A stretch of 64,000 nt of DNA, taken from contig JAZKFH010000012.1 in assembly GCA_040386535.1 (NCBI GenBank), positions 32,001 through 96,000 on the forward strand. Direction: 5' to 3'. The stretch's first letter is position 1. Each line of letters opens with the position of its first letter. Below the pieces are notes generated by a model that had not been told where the DNA came from, searched no databases, and worked only from the letters and a program-made list of their open reading frames with translations. This DNA comes from Myxococcota bacterium. Lineage in GTDB: Bacteria > Myxococcota_A > UBA796 > SXON01. Shown here in pieces: positions 1 to 10,580 of this stretch. Position numbers and translations under genes: made by a program.

Positions 1-524
1 TGATCCACAGTCGTGGAAGACGGGGAGGCGACGATCCCCGTGCACGGCTCTTCGAAGACGTACCCGGCAGCCAACATGCCGGTGCCGCCGGCCGCGTCGA
101 CGACCACGTCGACCGGGCCCTCGGATGCGGAGGCAGGGCTGACCACGGTCAGGGTCGTGCTGGTCCAGGCATCAACCCGCCCGCGTCCCGCATGTCCGAA
201 CACGACGCTCGCGCTCGCGTCGAACGGACCGCCGTAGACCGTCACGGTCTCGCCGCCCTCCGTCGAGCCCATGGACGGTGACACCAGGTCCACGGCCAGC
301 ACCAGGGGGATGTCGCTGGTCTCCCCGGTGTCATGCACGCTCGTGTCGAGCGCGGTGTCGGTGTCGGTGTCGGTATCGACGTCGGTGTCGGCGTCGGTAT
401 CGGCCGTGTCCACCGGGTCGGTGTCCGCAGCCGTATCGTCGCGGTCGCGTCGTGGCTGGTCCGAGTCGCCGAGGGTGACGCGCGAGGGCACGCAGGACAG
501 CAACACGAGCAGAGGGAGGAACAT
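1..524 (-). CDS. Lipoprotein with Asp/Thr-rich linker and IPT/TIG domain (3' end runs off the window)
   Basis: Not in ORF track; translated by hand from ATG at 524: MFLPLLVLLSC-VPSRVTLGDSD...DTDADTDVDTDTDTDT...VDLVSPSMGSTEGGETVTVYGGPF...TLTVVSP...GPVDVVV...AGYVF. Lipobox LLSC and IPT/TIG-type P.xG...GG..V.I.G motif; no stop before position 1. Confidence 0.8.
   Translation of the reverse strand, partial: MFLPLLVLLSCVPSRVTLGDSDQPRRDRDDTAADTDPVDTADTDADTDVDTDTDTDTALDTSVHDTGETSDIPLVLAVDLVSPSMGSTEGGETVTVYGGPFDASASVVFGHAGRGRVDAWTSTTLTVVSPASASEGPVDVVVDAAGGTGMLAAGYVFEEPCTGIVASPSSTTVD
355..425 (-). repeat. Coding low-complexity (GAC-ACC)n-type repeat encoding a DTDADTDVDTDTDT linker
   Basis: GTGTCG/GTATCG hexamer run on the + strand. 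Confidence 0.85.
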
Positions 525-655
525 GGCGGCTCCAGCCGTCGGCGCGATGTGGGCCGCACGGGAAGAGCAGTATCCCGTTGTTTGCCCTTTAGCGCAACAG
601 TATGAAGCCCTTTGGGGCCTGTCGCCGCCTCGGGCGTTCCCCTACGTTCGGCGCC

Positions 656-1081
656 ATGACGCGTCGTTCCTCGGGCCTCGCGACCCGACGGGTCGGCCAG
701 CGCATTCGCACCATCCGCGTCGGGGCCGGCCTCACCCTCGACACGCTCGCCGAACGCACCGGGATGACGCCGGCCCGCATCTCGCGCGTCGAGCGGGGCG
801 TCCAGTCACCGACGGTGAACACGCTGGAGCGCCTCGCTGACGGCCTGGGCGTCGACCTCAGCAGCTTCTTCTGGAGCGCCCCGGCCGCTGGCCGCTTCGG
901 GAGCGACCAGATCCCCGAGAAGGTCCGGGAGATCGTCGTCGAGCTCTTCCACCGCACGGATGAGGACCTCTTGCGCGCGAAGATCCTGCTCCACACCCTG
1001 TTCGCCGAAGCCACGCGGCTGCGCGACCCGACCCTCGGCGACCCGTCGGGGGCAGAGCCACCGGACGACGAGAACCGGTAG
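656..1081 (+). CDS. XRE-family helix-turn-helix transcriptional regulator
   Basis: VGQRIRTIRVGAGLTLDTLAERTGMTPARISRVERGVQSPTVNTLERLADGLGV is a typical HTH_3 pattern; start set at ATG 656. Confidence 0.88.
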   Translation: MTRRSSGLATRRVGQRIRTIRVGAGLTLDTLAERTGMTPARISRVERGVQSPTVNTLERLADGLGVDLSSFFWSAPAAGRFGSDQIPEKVREIVVELFHRTDEDLLRAKILLHTLFAEATRLRDPTLGDPSGAEPPDDENR

Positions 1082-1243
1082 ACGACGGGGAAGTACGAGA
1101 CGTAGTCGAGCAGCGCCCGGGGCGATGCTGGCCGGCACGCCGATGCGGGAGACCCCGGCACGCCCGCCAGCCGGAGTCGGAGCAGAGCCGGCTTGTGGCC
1201 GACCTCCGCGTCTCCTGCCTTCGCGGGGCAGGGGCAAAAGAGC

Positions 1244-1258
1244 TGGCACGCGGGCAGC
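1244..1258 (+). promoter_or_regulatory. Possible sigma-54 -24/-12 promoter
   Basis: TGGCACG-CGGG-CAGC: perfect -24 element and GG-N10-GC spacing, but -12 is CAGC rather than TTGC. Confidence 0.35.
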
Positions 1259-1404
1259 GTTCGGGTACAGCCCCGGGGTACAAGCCGCTATGATGCGCAT
1301 CACTACGGCAACAAACCTGAAGTTCGACTTCTGATGTGGTCGCGGCCGGCCGTCGCCTGACCGCGGGGCCGGGCGCCCGCCGCGTCGTCCCCCTCCGAGG
1401 TCTC

Positions 1405-2283
1405 GTGGAACAGCCCACCGCCCCCCCTTTCGATCCCCCCGCCGCTCTCGAGACGCGCACCACCTGGCGGCTCGTCATCGAGTACGACGGGCGTGCCTTC
1501 TCCGGCTTCCAACGCCAGGCCGGGCCCCGCACCGTGCAGGAGACGCTGGAGGATGCGCTCAAGCGCTTCTTCGGCGGCGAGCGCATCATCGTGCATGGGT
1601 CGGGCCGCACCGACGCCGGCGTGCATGCCCTCGGCCAGGTCGTGAGCTTCCGGGCACAGACGCCGCGGGATCCGGTGAAGCTGCGGCTGGCGCTCAACGG
1701 GATGCTCCCGCCCGACCTTGCCTGCATCGAGGCGGCCGTGGCGCCGCACCGCTTCCACGCGCGCATGTCCGCGCGCGGCAAGACCTACCGCTACGTCGTC
1801 CTGGCGCGGCCGGACCGGTCGCCGTTCCACGTCGGACGGGGCTGGTACGTCCGCCTGCCGGTGGACTGGGAGAGGGTCCGCGCCACGCTCGACCTGCTCC
1901 GCGGCACGCACGACTTCACGGCCTTCCGCGCGTCGTCGTGCAACAATCCGCGGACCGTCCGCACGATCGAGCGCGCGGAACACCTCGTGCGCGGCGCGGA
2001 GCACCACCTCGAGTTCGAGGGAGGGGGCTTCTTGCGCTACCAGGTGCGCATCATGGTCGGGACCGCGATCGAGGTCGGTCTCGGCCGGCGAACGCTCGAC
2101 CAGGTGCTCGCGGCGCTCGCGACGGGGCAGCGCTCGCTCGCCGGACGCACGGCGCCCCCGGATGGCCTGTACCTCGTCGAGGTGCGGTATCCGGCGGACG
2201 CGGTGCGGGTCGATGTGGGCCAGGAAACAGCGGGGGTCGACGTGTCGGGCGCCGATACGGCGGAACCCGACGACGAGGACTAG
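1405..2283 (+). CDS. truA: tRNA pseudouridine(38-40) synthase
   Basis: IEYDGRAFSGFQRQ, SGRTDAGVHALGQV (catalytic Asp), GTHDFTAF, GFLRYQVRIMVG, TAPPDGLYL; start uncertain (GTG 1405 after GAGG). Confidence 0.95.
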   Translation: MEQPTAPPFDPPAALETRTTWRLVIEYDGRAFSGFQRQAGPRTVQETLEDALKRFFGGERIIVHGSGRTDAGVHALGQVVSFRAQTPRDPVKLRLALNGMLPPDLACIEAAVAPHRFHARMSARGKTYRYVVLARPDRSPFHVGRGWYVRLPVDWERVRATLDLLRGTHDFTAFRASSCNNPRTVRTIERAEHLVRGAEHHLEFEGGGFLRYQVRIMVGTAIEVGLGRRTLDQVLAALATGQRSLAGRTAPPDGLYLVEVRYPADAVRVDVGQETAGVDVSGADTAEPDDED

Positions 2284-2292
2284 CAGCGGTGG

Positions 2293-2607
2293 CTAGTCCT
2301 CTTCCTCGACCTCGGCGCTCTCGCCGAGATCCTCGTCTTCCTCGTCGATCTCGTCGGCCTCGTCGGCCTCGACATCGTCCTCCACTTCTTCCTCGTCGGC
2401 CTCGAAGTCCTCACGGGCCGCGCCCTTGGTCATGCCGCCCTTGCCCTTGAAGCGGGCGAGGATGGCCTCACGCGGATCAGGGTTCGGGTTCTCGCGCTGG
2501 TCGGCGCCACACTTGGGGCACAACGGCTCAGGGCGATTGAGATCGTAAAACTTCAGGCCGCACTGGAAGCACTGGAAGCGCTTGCCGAGCTTGCTCTTGT
2601 CCTGCAT
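2293..2607 (-). CDS. FYDLN-acid domain protein (TIGR02300-like zinc ribbon with acidic tail)
   Basis: [28 protein letters not shown] followed by an E/D-rich C-terminus. Confidence 0.9.
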   Translation of the reverse strand: MQDKSKLGKRFQCFQCGLKFYDLNRPEPLCPKCGADQRENPNPDPREAILARFKGKGGMTKGAAREDFEADEEEVEDDVEADEADEIDEEDEDLGESAEVEEED

Positions 2608-2716
2608 GGGTCTCCGGAGACGCGAGCCGCCCTCTTTACTTACCCCCTGGGGCGCGTCAACCCTGCCGCGGCCCGGAGCGTGGGATATCCTCGCGTCGCC
2701 TCGCTGGAGACCGTCG

Positions 2717-4183
2717 ATGCGCCTCGTTCCGCCCGTGTTGATCGCCCTCTTCGCCGCGTGCACCGGTGACACGGCAGAGGACGAGGCCACCCACGACGTC
2801 CGGGTGGATCACAACACGAAGGAGGACAGCGTCGAGTCGATCGTGCCGCGCTCCTGCTTCACCGACGGGCGCCTCGCGGTGGTGTGGCAGGACGATCGGG
2901 ATGGCGTGCCGGGCATCTGGTTCAACGCCAGCACGGACGCCGGCGCCACCTGGATGACAGCCGACATCGCGCTCGATGTCGGCGAGCTGGGCGCCTTCGC
3001 GCCCGACATCGCCTGCGCGGGGGACACGATCTACGTGGTCTGGGAGGACGAGCGCGACGGCGACCTCCGCTACCGCAACATCTACGCGAACGTCTCCTCC
3101 GACGGCGGCCGGACGTGGCTCGCAGAGGACGTGCGGATCGACGGCGACCTCGAGGGGGAGGCCATGAGCCTCGCGCCCCGTGTCGTCGCCGCGGGTGACT
3201 CCGCGTACGTCGCCTGGTTCGACAACCGGGACGGCGCCTACGACATCTACGTCCAGGCCACCCGCGACAGCGGCGCCAGCTGGCTCGAAGCGCCCACGCG
3301 CGTCGACACGGACGACGCGGGCGAGGCCTACAGCGCGTGGCCGCGCCTCGCGGCGGATGACGACGGGCGGGTCGTCGTGACGTGGGAGGACAGCCGCGCG
3401 GGGGCATCCGACATCTACGCCAACGTCTCGACGGACGGCGGGGCCAGCTTCGCGGACGAGGATGCTCGCCTCGACGGCGGCGAGGAGGGCGGCGAGAGCA
3501 ACAGCTTCCTCCCGTCCCTGGCGATGGCGAACGGCCACGCGTACGTCGTGTGGCACGACGAGCGGAACGGCGACAAGCGCGACGTGTTCGTCAACACTTC
3601 TTCGGACGGCGGTGAGTCCTGGCGGGACGAGCCGCGCCGGGTGGAGAGTGACGCGGAGGGCCAGAGCGACGCGATCAATCCCGTCGTGGCCGCCGTGGGA
3701 GACCGCGTGCACATCGCCTGGCAGGACGATCGGTCCGGCGGGTACGACATCTATCACCGCTACTCCCCCGACAACGGCGGCGAGTGGGCGGGTGAAGAGG
3801 TCCGGATGGATCGCGACGCCGGCGGCGAGTCCCAGAGCTTCGAGCCCACGCTGTTCCTGCAAGGGGACACGGTGCTCGTGGGGTGGGAGGACCGTCGTGC
3901 CGACGGTGGAGAGGTCGGCTTCAACGACCTCTACTACAACTACTCGGCGGACGGCGGGGAGAACTGGAACCTCGAGGATCTCCGGATCAACTCGAACAAG
4001 CCCGGCAGCGCCTACTCGCTCGACCTCGCGCTCGGCCTCGCGGACGGCGGCATCGTCGCGGTGTGGGCGGACGGCCGGTTCGGCTCGAGCGACATCTTCT
4101 GCGCGAACCGCGCCCTCGGTGAGGAGAGCCGGTACGTGGCGCCCCCGGAGCCCGAAGAGGGCGCCGAGTCGGAGGCCCGGTAA
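2717..4183 (+). CDS. Lipoprotein with Asp-box (BNR) repeats, sialidase-like beta-propeller
   Basis: Lipobox LFAAC; seven SxDxGxxW/F Asp-boxes ([56 protein letters not shown]), each paired with a VxWxDxR motif. Confidence 0.85.
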   Translation: MRLVPPVLIALFAACTGDTAEDEATHDVRVDHNTKEDSVESIVPRSCFTDGRLAVVWQDDRDGVPGIWFNASTDAGATWMTADIALDVGELGAFAPDIACAGDTIYVVWEDERDGDLRYRNIYANVSSDGGRTWLAEDVRIDGDLEGEAMSLAPRVVAAGDSAYVAWFDNRDGAYDIYVQATRDSGASWLEAPTRVDTDDAGEAYSAWPRLAADDDGRVVVTWEDSRAGASDIYANVSTDGGASFADEDARLDGGEEGGESNSFLPSLAMANGHAYVVWHDERNGDKRDVFVNTSSDGGESWRDEPRRVESDAEGQSDAINPVVAAVGDRVHIAWQDDRSGGYDIYHRYSPDNGGEWAGEEVRMDRDAGGESQSFEPTLFLQGDTVLVGWEDRRADGGEVGFNDLYYNYSADGGENWNLEDLRINSNKPGSAYSLDLALGLADGGIVAVWADGRFGSSDIFCANRALGEESRYVAPPEPEEGAESEAR

Positions 4184-4185
4184 TC

Positions 4186-5592
4186 GTGTTCCTCGCGGCC
4201 CTGCTGGCCTGTGGCCCGGGCGCGCCGCCCGATCCCCGGCCCGCGCTCACGGCTCGCCTGGCGGCGTCGGTGTCGGGGCCCACACCGTCCTCCGCGGAGC
4301 TGGTCGAGCAGGTCCTGCTCGGCCAGCTCCCCGCGGCCTGTACGGGCGCGAAGGTCCGCGCGGCGCGCGTCGGTGAGGAGGAGGATTGGCGCCTGCTGCT
4401 GCTCGTCTCTTCGCGCGCGTTGCCGGCGGCCTGCATCGCCCCGGAGGAGGGCGACACGCTCGCCGCGTGGGCCGCGCCCAAGGAGGGGTGGCGCGGGGCG
4501 CGTGCCGAGTGGATCAGCGGCCGCGGCGACGAGTCGGGCGCGGTTGCGGCGCTCGGTCCCGGCGGCGAGGACGCGTCGCGACTTCGCCTGGCGCTCGCCC
4601 GTGGAGATGGAGACGCGGTGCGCCTCGCGGCGGAGGGCGCGCTCGTCGAGGAGCCGCGGGACGTGCTCGCGTGCCGCACCGTGGCGGCCGCGGCCCTCGC
4701 CGAGGGGGATGCCGCGTGGGCCATCGAGACGACAGCGTGTGGCGGGCTCGGCGCGCGGGCCCCGGAGCTGGTGCGCATCCGTGCCGACGCGCTCGACCGG
4801 GTGGGCGATCACGCCGCGGCCGAGGCCGCGTACGCGAGCATGGGGGCCAACGTGCACCGGGCCGTCCTGCTCTACCAGGAGGCGCCGACGCCCGAGCGGC
4901 TCGCCGAAGCCGGCCGGCTGCTCGCTTCGGGGCCGGAGGGCCGCCCGCCGCCCGCCGCGCTGCACGCGACGTGGATGGCGCTGATGCACGGCGGCACGCC
5001 TTCGCTCGAGGGCCTCGACCAGGGCCTCCCGGCGCTGCTCGCCCGCGCGCTGGTGCGGGGGGACGACGCGGACCTGGTGGCGTTGCAGGACATGCCCGGC
5101 GCGCCGGCCGCGGTCGTGCGGGCCCGGCTCCACGCCGCCCGCGGCGACCGTGCGCGGACCGAGGCGGCGCTCGCGGACGCCCTCGAAGCGGCCCCTTCCG
5201 CCGAGCCCGTGCACCGCGCGCGGATCGGGTTGCTCCTCGCCGTGAAGGGGAACGTCGACGCGGCGCTCGCCGACTGGGCCGCGCAGGATCCGGACGTCGT
5301 CGCCGCGGTCGGCGGCCGCGGAAGCCGGGACCTTCCGTGGGCGGCGCTCGTCCCGGAGACCTGGGAAGGGCTCGCGGCCCGGCATCCCGATCCGCGGATG
5401 CGATCGGACGCACCCGCCGGTGCCGATGCGATCGGCGCCCGGATCCGCGCCGCACGTGCACTATCCGACACTCGTGCGCGCGCGGACGCACTCGCGTCGT
5501 TGATGTCGGACATTCCCGGCCTTGACGCGCTGCTCTCGGAACGCTACCAATCCGGCCCTTCGCCCCCAAACGTCCCGGACCGGGATCCTTGA
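4186..5592 (+). CDS. Hypothetical Ala-rich helical (TPR-like) lipoprotein
   Basis: MFLAALLAC lipobox; Ala/Leu helical repeats; starts 2 nt after the upstream stop. Confidence 0.6.
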   Translation: MFLAALLACGPGAPPDPRPALTARLAASVSGPTPSSAELVEQVLLGQLPAACTGAKVRAARVGEEEDWRLLLLVSSRALPAACIAPEEGDTLAAWAAPKEGWRGARAEWISGRGDESGAVAALGPGGEDASRLRLALARGDGDAVRLAAEGALVEEPRDVLACRTVAAAALAEGDAAWAIETTACGGLGARAPELVRIRADALDRVGDHAAAEAAYASMGANVHRAVLLYQEAPTPERLAEAGRLLASGPEGRPPPAALHATWMALMHGGTPSLEGLDQGLPALLARALVRGDDADLVALQDMPGAPAAVVRARLHAARGDRARTEAALADALEAAPSAEPVHRARIGLLLAVKGNVDAALADWAAQDPDVVAAVGGRGSRDLPWAALVPETWEGLAARHPDPRMRSDAPAGADAIGARIRAARALSDTRARADALASLMSDIPGLDALLSERYQSGPSPPNVPDRDP

Positions 5593-5672
5593 CGTCCGGG
5601 AGGCCGCCGGATAAGCGCCGCCGGTTCCGACCCTGCCCCTCCTCGAAGAGGGGCGCAGCCTACGGATTTTCC

Positions 5673-6125
5673 ATGATCGAGCATCACAGCTGGACCACCC
5701 ACTCGACGAAGGCCTCCGAGCTCGCGCCCGAGTGGTTCATCGTCGACGCAGAGGGCATGACCCTCGGCCGCCTCGCCACGCGCATCTCTCGGGTGTTGCA
5801 GGGCAAGCACAAGGCTTCCTACACGGCGCACGTCGACGCGGGCGACTTCGTCGTCGTCGTCAACTGCGAGAAGGTTGTGCTGACGGGCCGCAAGCTCGAT
5901 CAGAAGAAGTACCACGCCTACTCCGGGTACAAGGGTGGCTTGCGCTCCGTCACGGCGCGCCGCCAGCTCGAGACCCACCCCGAGCGCGTCCTGACCGCGG
6001 CCGTGCAGGGCATGGTCCCGGGCACGCGCCTCGGTCGCGTCATGCTCGGCAAGCTCAAGGTCTACGCCGGCCCGACGCACCCCCACGTCGCCCAGCAGCC
6101 CCGTCCCTTCCCCGACCACCTCTGA
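5673..6125 (+). CDS. rplM: 50S ribosomal protein L13
   Basis: WFIVDAEGMTLGRLATRI...GKHK..YTAHVDAGDFVVVVN...KLKVYAGPTHPH.AQQP. Confidence 0.98.
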   Translation: MIEHHSWTTHSTKASELAPEWFIVDAEGMTLGRLATRISRVLQGKHKASYTAHVDAGDFVVVVNCEKVVLTGRKLDQKKYHAYSGYKGGLRSVTARRQLETHPERVLTAAVQGMVPGTRLGRVMLGKLKVYAGPTHPHVAQQPRPFPDHL

Positions 6126-6131
6126 GAGCCC

Positions 6132-6530
6132 ATGCGCAACGCACCCGTTCAATACTACGCGACCGGTCGCCGCAAGACCGCCGCAGCTCGCGTCTTCCTT
6201 CGCCCCGGCACCGGCGCGATCAAGGTCAACGCTCGTGACATCGAAGTCTACTTCGAGCGCGCCACGGCGAAGATGATCGTGCGCCAGCCGGCGCTCCTCA
6301 TCGGCGCTCCCGACCGTTACGACGTGTTCGTGACCGTCGCCGGTGGTGGCAAGTCCGGCCAGGCCGAAGCGATCCGCATGGGCATTGCCCGCGCGCTCTG
6401 CGTCGCGAACCCGACCGACCGCACCGAGCTCAAGCGCGCCGGCTTCCTCCGCCGCGACGACCGCATGGTCGAGCGCAAGAAGTACGGTCGCCCCGGCGCC
6501 CGCAAGCGCTTCCAGTTCAGCAAGCGCTGA
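6132..6530 (+). CDS. rpsI: 30S ribosomal protein S9
   Basis: [14 protein letters not shown]...[12 protein letters not shown]...ERKKYG...[10 protein letters not shown]. Confidence 0.98.
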   Translation: MRNAPVQYYATGRRKTAAARVFLRPGTGAIKVNARDIEVYFERATAKMIVRQPALLIGAPDRYDVFVTVAGGGKSGQAEAIRMGIARALCVANPTDRTELKRAGFLRRDDRMVERKKYGRPGARKRFQFSKR

Positions 6531-6546
6531 TCCGAACGCACCCGTC

Positions 6547-6580
6547 AGCCCCGTACGGCTCGTCCGCACGGGGCTTTCGT
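6547..6580 (+). terminator. Hairpin / probable intrinsic terminator after rpsI
   Basis: AGCCCCGT-ACGG-CTCGT-CCGC-ACGGGGCT-TTCGT. Confidence 0.6.
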
Positions 6581-6597
6581 GTGCCTGGAGTACACTG

Positions 6598-7293
6598 ATG
6601 GTCCTCGCGGTCATCCCCGCTCGTTTCGCGAGCACCCGCCTGCCCGGCAAGGCGCTGGCGGATCTCGCCGGAACCCCCATGGTCGTCCGCGTCTGGGAGC
6701 GGGTGCGCCGTGCCGAGGGGATCGACCGGGTGATCGTCGCCACGGATGACATGCGCATCGCCGAGGTGGTCCGGGCGCGCGGGGGCGAGGTCGTGATGAC
6801 CGGCCCGTGCGTGAGCGGCACCGACCGGGTGGCCGAAGCGGCGCGGAACCGCGGCGCCCGCGTCGTCGTGAACGTGCAGGGAGACGAGCCCTTCGTCGAC
6901 CCCACGGACATCACGCGCGTGGCCGCCGCCGTGAGCGACAGCACCCCGATCGCGACCGCCGCAACGCCCCTGACCGAGGGGGTCGAGGACCCCTCCCGCG
7001 TGAAGGTCGTTTGCGACGAAGCAGGACGCGCGCTCTACTTCTCGCGGCAGCCGATCCCGCATGGAGGGCCCTGGCGCCTGCACGTGGGGCTGTACGCCTT
7101 CACCGCCGCCGCGCTCGAGGCGCTCGCCGGGCTCCCGCCGTCCTTCCTGGAGAAGGCGGAGCGCCTGGAGCAGCTCCGTTGGTTGGAGGCCGGCTATCGC
7201 ATCCGCGTGGTCGCCATTCCCCAGGGCCCGCCCTCCGTGGACACCCCGGCGGACCTCGCGCAGGCCCGCGCGCACCTCGCGCGCCGGTCGTAA
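6598..7293 (+). CDS. kdsB: 3-deoxy-manno-octulosonate cytidylyltransferase (CMP-KDO synthetase)
   Basis: [57 protein letters not shown]. Confidence 0.95.
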   Translation: MVLAVIPARFASTRLPGKALADLAGTPMVVRVWERVRRAEGIDRVIVATDDMRIAEVVRARGGEVVMTGPCVSGTDRVAEAARNRGARVVVNVQGDEPFVDPTDITRVAAAVSDSTPIATAATPLTEGVEDPSRVKVVCDEAGRALYFSRQPIPHGGPWRLHVGLYAFTAAALEALAGLPPSFLEKAERLEQLRWLEAGYRIRVVAIPQGPPSVDTPADLAQARAHLARRS

Positions 7294-7321
7294 CGGCGGG
7301 ATTCACGGGCGCACGAGCTCG

Positions 7322-7362
7322 GCGCGACATCCGCGCGACATCCGCGCGACATCGGATGTCGC
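7322..7362. repeat. 11-bp unit x3 plus an inverted copy in the kdsB-pyrG intergenic region
   Basis: GCGCGACATCC GCGCGACATCC GCGCGACATC GGATGTCGC. Confidence 0.85.
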
Positions 7363-7507
7363 TTCTGGCAGCCAACGGGGCGCGCACGGAGTAGAAGGGG
7401 GGCGTGCTGCTCGCGCTGTACCCCCGCCGTATGAGGATGCTCTCGGCGGAATCGTCTCTTCGCGGCGCGCCCCACCGGCACCGTCCCAGGCCTCGAGGAG
7501 TCCGCCC

Positions 7508-9151
7508 ATGAAGACCAAGTACATGTTCGTCACGGGTGGAGTGCTCTCCTCGCTCGGGAAGGGCCTCTCCGCGGCCGCGATCGGCGCGTTGATGGAGGCC
7601 CGCGGCTTCCGCGTCGCCAACGTCAAGATGGACCCCTACCTCAACGTCGACCCCGGCACGATGAGCCCGTACCAGCACGGGGAGGTCTTCGTCACGGAGG
7701 ACGGCGCGGAGACCGACCTCGATCTCGGGCACTACGAGCGCTTCGTCGCCCGCCCGACCAGCCAGAAGAACAGCTTCACGACGGGCCGCATCTACCGCAA
7801 CGTCATCGAGCGCGAGCGCCGTGGCGAGTACCTCGGGCGCACCGTGCAGGTCATCCCGCACATCACCGACGAGATCAAGCGCCTGATCCTCGAGGCCGTG
7901 TCCGAGGTCGACATCGCCATCATCGAGATCGGCGGCACCGTGGGCGACATCGAGTCCCTGCCGTTCCTCGAGGCGATCCGGCAGATGCGCGCCGATGTCG
8001 GCCCCGAGAACGTGCTCTACATCCACGTCACGCTCGTCCCGTACATCAAGGCGGCGGGCGAGATGAAGACCAAGCCGACGCAGCACTCGGTGAAGGAGCT
8101 GCTCTCGATCGGGATCCAGCCCGACATCCTCGTGTGTCGCAGCGAGATGGAGATCCCAAAGGATCTCCGCCAGAAGATCGCCAGCTTCTGCAACGTCGGC
8201 GTGCACGACGTCATCAGCGCGCCGGACGTGAAGAACATCTACGAGCTGCCCCTGGTCTTCCACGAACAGGGCCTCGACGATCGGCTCCTCCAGCGCCTGA
8301 ACGCCTGGGCGATGAAGCCGCACCTCGAGAAGTGGGTGGACTACTGCGATCGCGCGCGGCACCCCCACAACACCGTGCGGGTCGCGGTCGTGGGCAAGTA
8401 CGTCCACCTCACCGACACCTACAAGAGCCTCAACGAGGCCCTCGCGCATGGCGGCATCGCCAACGACGCGAAGATCGATCTGCGCTACGTCGACTCCGAG
8501 GAGATCGACGCGAGCCACGTGGCCGCGCTGCTTAACGGGGTCGACGCGGTGCTCATCCCCGGCGGGTTCGGCAGCCGCGGCGTCGAGGGCAAGATCCTCG
8601 CCATCCGCCACGCGCGCGAGCACGGCATCCCGTTCTTCGGCATCTGCCTTGGGCTCCAGCTCGCCGTGGTGGAGTACCTCCGCAATGTCGGCGGCATCCC
8701 CGACGCCCACTCCGCCGAGTTCGCCCCGCAGGCCGCCAACCCCGTCGTCCACATGATGGACGACCAGCGGCGGGTCGTCGATCTCGGCGGCACCATGCGC
8801 CTCGGCACGTACCCGTGCGTGCTCCGCCACTCCTCACGGGCCCGCCAGGTGTACGGCGCCGACGAGATCCAGGAGCGCCACCGCCACCGCTACGAGGTCA
8901 ACCCGGCCTACCACGCGCGCCTGGAGGAGGCGGGCATGGTGATCTCCGGCACCTCGCCCGACGGCAAGCTCGTCGAGATGATCGAGATCCCGAGCCACCC
9001 CTACTTCGTCGCCTGCCAGTTCCACCCCGAGTTCAAGAGCCGGCCCCTCGCGCCGCATCCGCTCTTCACGGGGTTCATCCGCGCGGCCCTCGAGCGGCAG
9101 GTTCGCGGCGGGCGTGAGGAAGCGCTCGCGGGGCCGTCGGCGTCGGCGTGA
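7508..9151 (+). CDS. pyrG: CTP synthase
   Basis: [65 protein letters not shown]. Confidence 0.98.
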   Translation: MKTKYMFVTGGVLSSLGKGLSAAAIGALMEARGFRVANVKMDPYLNVDPGTMSPYQHGEVFVTEDGAETDLDLGHYERFVARPTSQKNSFTTGRIYRNVIERERRGEYLGRTVQVIPHITDEIKRLILEAVSEVDIAIIEIGGTVGDIESLPFLEAIRQMRADVGPENVLYIHVTLVPYIKAAGEMKTKPTQHSVKELLSIGIQPDILVCRSEMEIPKDLRQKIASFCNVGVHDVISAPDVKNIYELPLVFHEQGLDDRLLQRLNAWAMKPHLEKWVDYCDRARHPHNTVRVAVVGKYVHLTDTYKSLNEALAHGGIANDAKIDLRYVDSEEIDASHVAALLNGVDAVLIPGGFGSRGVEGKILAIRHAREHGIPFFGICLGLQLAVVEYLRNVGGIPDAHSAEFAPQAANPVVHMMDDQRRVVDLGGTMRLGTYPCVLRHSSRARQVYGADEIQERHRHRYEVNPAYHARLEEAGMVISGTSPDGKLVEMIEIPSHPYFVACQFHPEFKSRPLAPHPLFTGFIRAALERQVRGGREEALAGPSASA

Positions 9152-9750
9152 GGTCGCGGGGCCCGGCGGTCGCCTGCGTCCTCGCTCTCGTGGGGTGCGC
9201 GCCGCAGGAGGCCGCGCCGCCGCTGCCGAACGCGGCCACCGCCACCGGCGTCGAGGTCGTGGGGGAGGGGTGGAGCGCCGCGGCGGCGACCCTCCGGTTC
9301 GGCGCCGGCTTCGCCCAGGCCGCGGAGCCCGCGGTCGTCCGCACGGCCGACGGCAAGCCCCCGCTGGAGATCGTGGCCGAGCGCTCGGACTGGGATCTGA
9401 AGGCGCGCACCGCGCGGTTCGTGGGCGCCGTCCAGGTGCGGCGCGGCGAGGTGACCATGCGCTGCGACACGCTCGAGGTGCGCTATGCCGACGCCGAGCG
9501 CATCGATCGTGTGGTCGCGACCGGAGCCGTCGAGGTGAACCGCGGGGAGCGCCGCGCGAAATCCGCAGCGGCCGAGCTGGACGGCGCGACCGGCAAGATC
9601 GCCCTCACGGGTGAGCCCCGCCTCTCCGAGGGGCCGAACACGCTCGTCGGCCACACGATCGTGCTCTGGCTCGACGATGAGCGCGCGACCTGCGAGGGAG
9701 TGGCCGGCACGCCCTGTCGCCTCGTGGTCGAGGGATCGGCGCTCCGGTGA
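9148..9750 (+). CDS. lptA: LptA/OstA-family LPS transport protein with lipoprotein signal (possible LptC/LptA hybrid)
   Basis: Beta-jellyroll pattern [23 protein letters not shown]...VVATGAVEV...[18 protein letters not shown]; directly upstream of lptB; LVGC lipobox. Confidence 0.75.
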   Translation: MRSRGPAVACVLALVGCAPQEAAPPLPNAATATGVEVVGEGWSAAAATLRFGAGFAQAAEPAVVRTADGKPPLEIVAERSDWDLKARTARFVGAVQVRRGEVTMRCDTLEVRYADAERIDRVVATGAVEVNRGERRAKSAAAELDGATGKIALTGEPRLSEGPNTLVGHTIVLWLDDERATCEGVAGTPCRLVVEGSALR

Positions 9751-10514
9751 CCCATCCGGGCGCCGTCGGCCTCGTCGCCACCGGGCTTACCAAGGCCTAC
9801 GGAAGGCGCAGCGTCGTGAGCGGGGTATCGTTGGAGGTGCCGCCGGGCAGCGTGCACGGCCTGTTGGGCCCCAATGGGGCAGGGAAGACGACGATCTTCC
9901 GCATGCTCGCGGGGGTGGAGCGGCCCGACGCGGGCACTGTCTCGCTGGGCGGGCGCCGCCTCGATGCCCTCCCGTTGCACCGGCGCGCGCGGGAGGGGCT
10001 CGGATATCTCCCGCAAGAAGACACGCTTTTCCGCGACCTGGATGTCCGAGGCAACGTGGCCCTCGCCGCGGCCATGGCGTCCGGTGCGCCCGACCCGGAC
10101 GAGCTCCTTGCCCGGGTGGGGATCGGGCACCTCGCGGCGCGGCGGGTGGACGGTTTGTCGGGCGGGGAGCGTCGTCGCCTCGAGATCGCACGCATCCTCG
10201 CGATGGGGCCGCGCTTGCTGCTCCTGGACGAGCCCTTCGCCGGCATCGATCCGGTCGCCGTCGCCGGGCTCCAGGCCCTCGTCCGCGCCCTGGCGGCGTC
10301 GGGCATCGCCGTGCTCGTGACCGATCATGCCGTCCGAGAGACGCTCGCCATCTGCGACCGGGCCACCGTTCTGGACGGCGGAACTGTACAGGTAGAAGGG
10401 GAGCCATCGGTCGTCGCGAGCAACGCGCGGGCGCGGGCGCGGTACCTGGGCCCCGACTTCGTACTGTCCGCGCCTTTGCCAAGCGGTCGCAACACCGATA
10501 CGATACCGGAGTAG
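9747..10514 (+). CDS. lptB: LPS export ABC transporter ATP-binding protein
   Basis: GLLGPNGAGKTT, GYLPQE, LSGGERRRLEIAR, LLDEPFAGIDP, TDHAVRETL; upstream of rpoN. Confidence 0.93.
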   Translation: MTHPGAVGLVATGLTKAYGRRSVVSGVSLEVPPGSVHGLLGPNGAGKTTIFRMLAGVERPDAGTVSLGGRRLDALPLHRRAREGLGYLPQEDTLFRDLDVRGNVALAAAMASGAPDPDELLARVGIGHLAARRVDGLSGGERRRLEIARILAMGPRLLLLDEPFAGIDPVAVAGLQALVRALAASGIAVLVTDHAVRETLAICDRATVLDGGTVQVEGEPSVVASNARARARYLGPDFVLSAPLPSGRNTDTIPE

Positions 10515-10580
10515 ACGAACGAAAAAGCTGCTTCGTCGGGCCGATCGCCCGGCCCGGCGTATGTGGAGGTCGAGGAATCG

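Noticed and set aside
1082..1335. tRNA or tmRNA in the XRE-truA gap
   Set aside because: No cloverleaf or T-arm with CCA end, and the short ORF lacks the Ala-Ala-type C-terminus of tmRNA tags.
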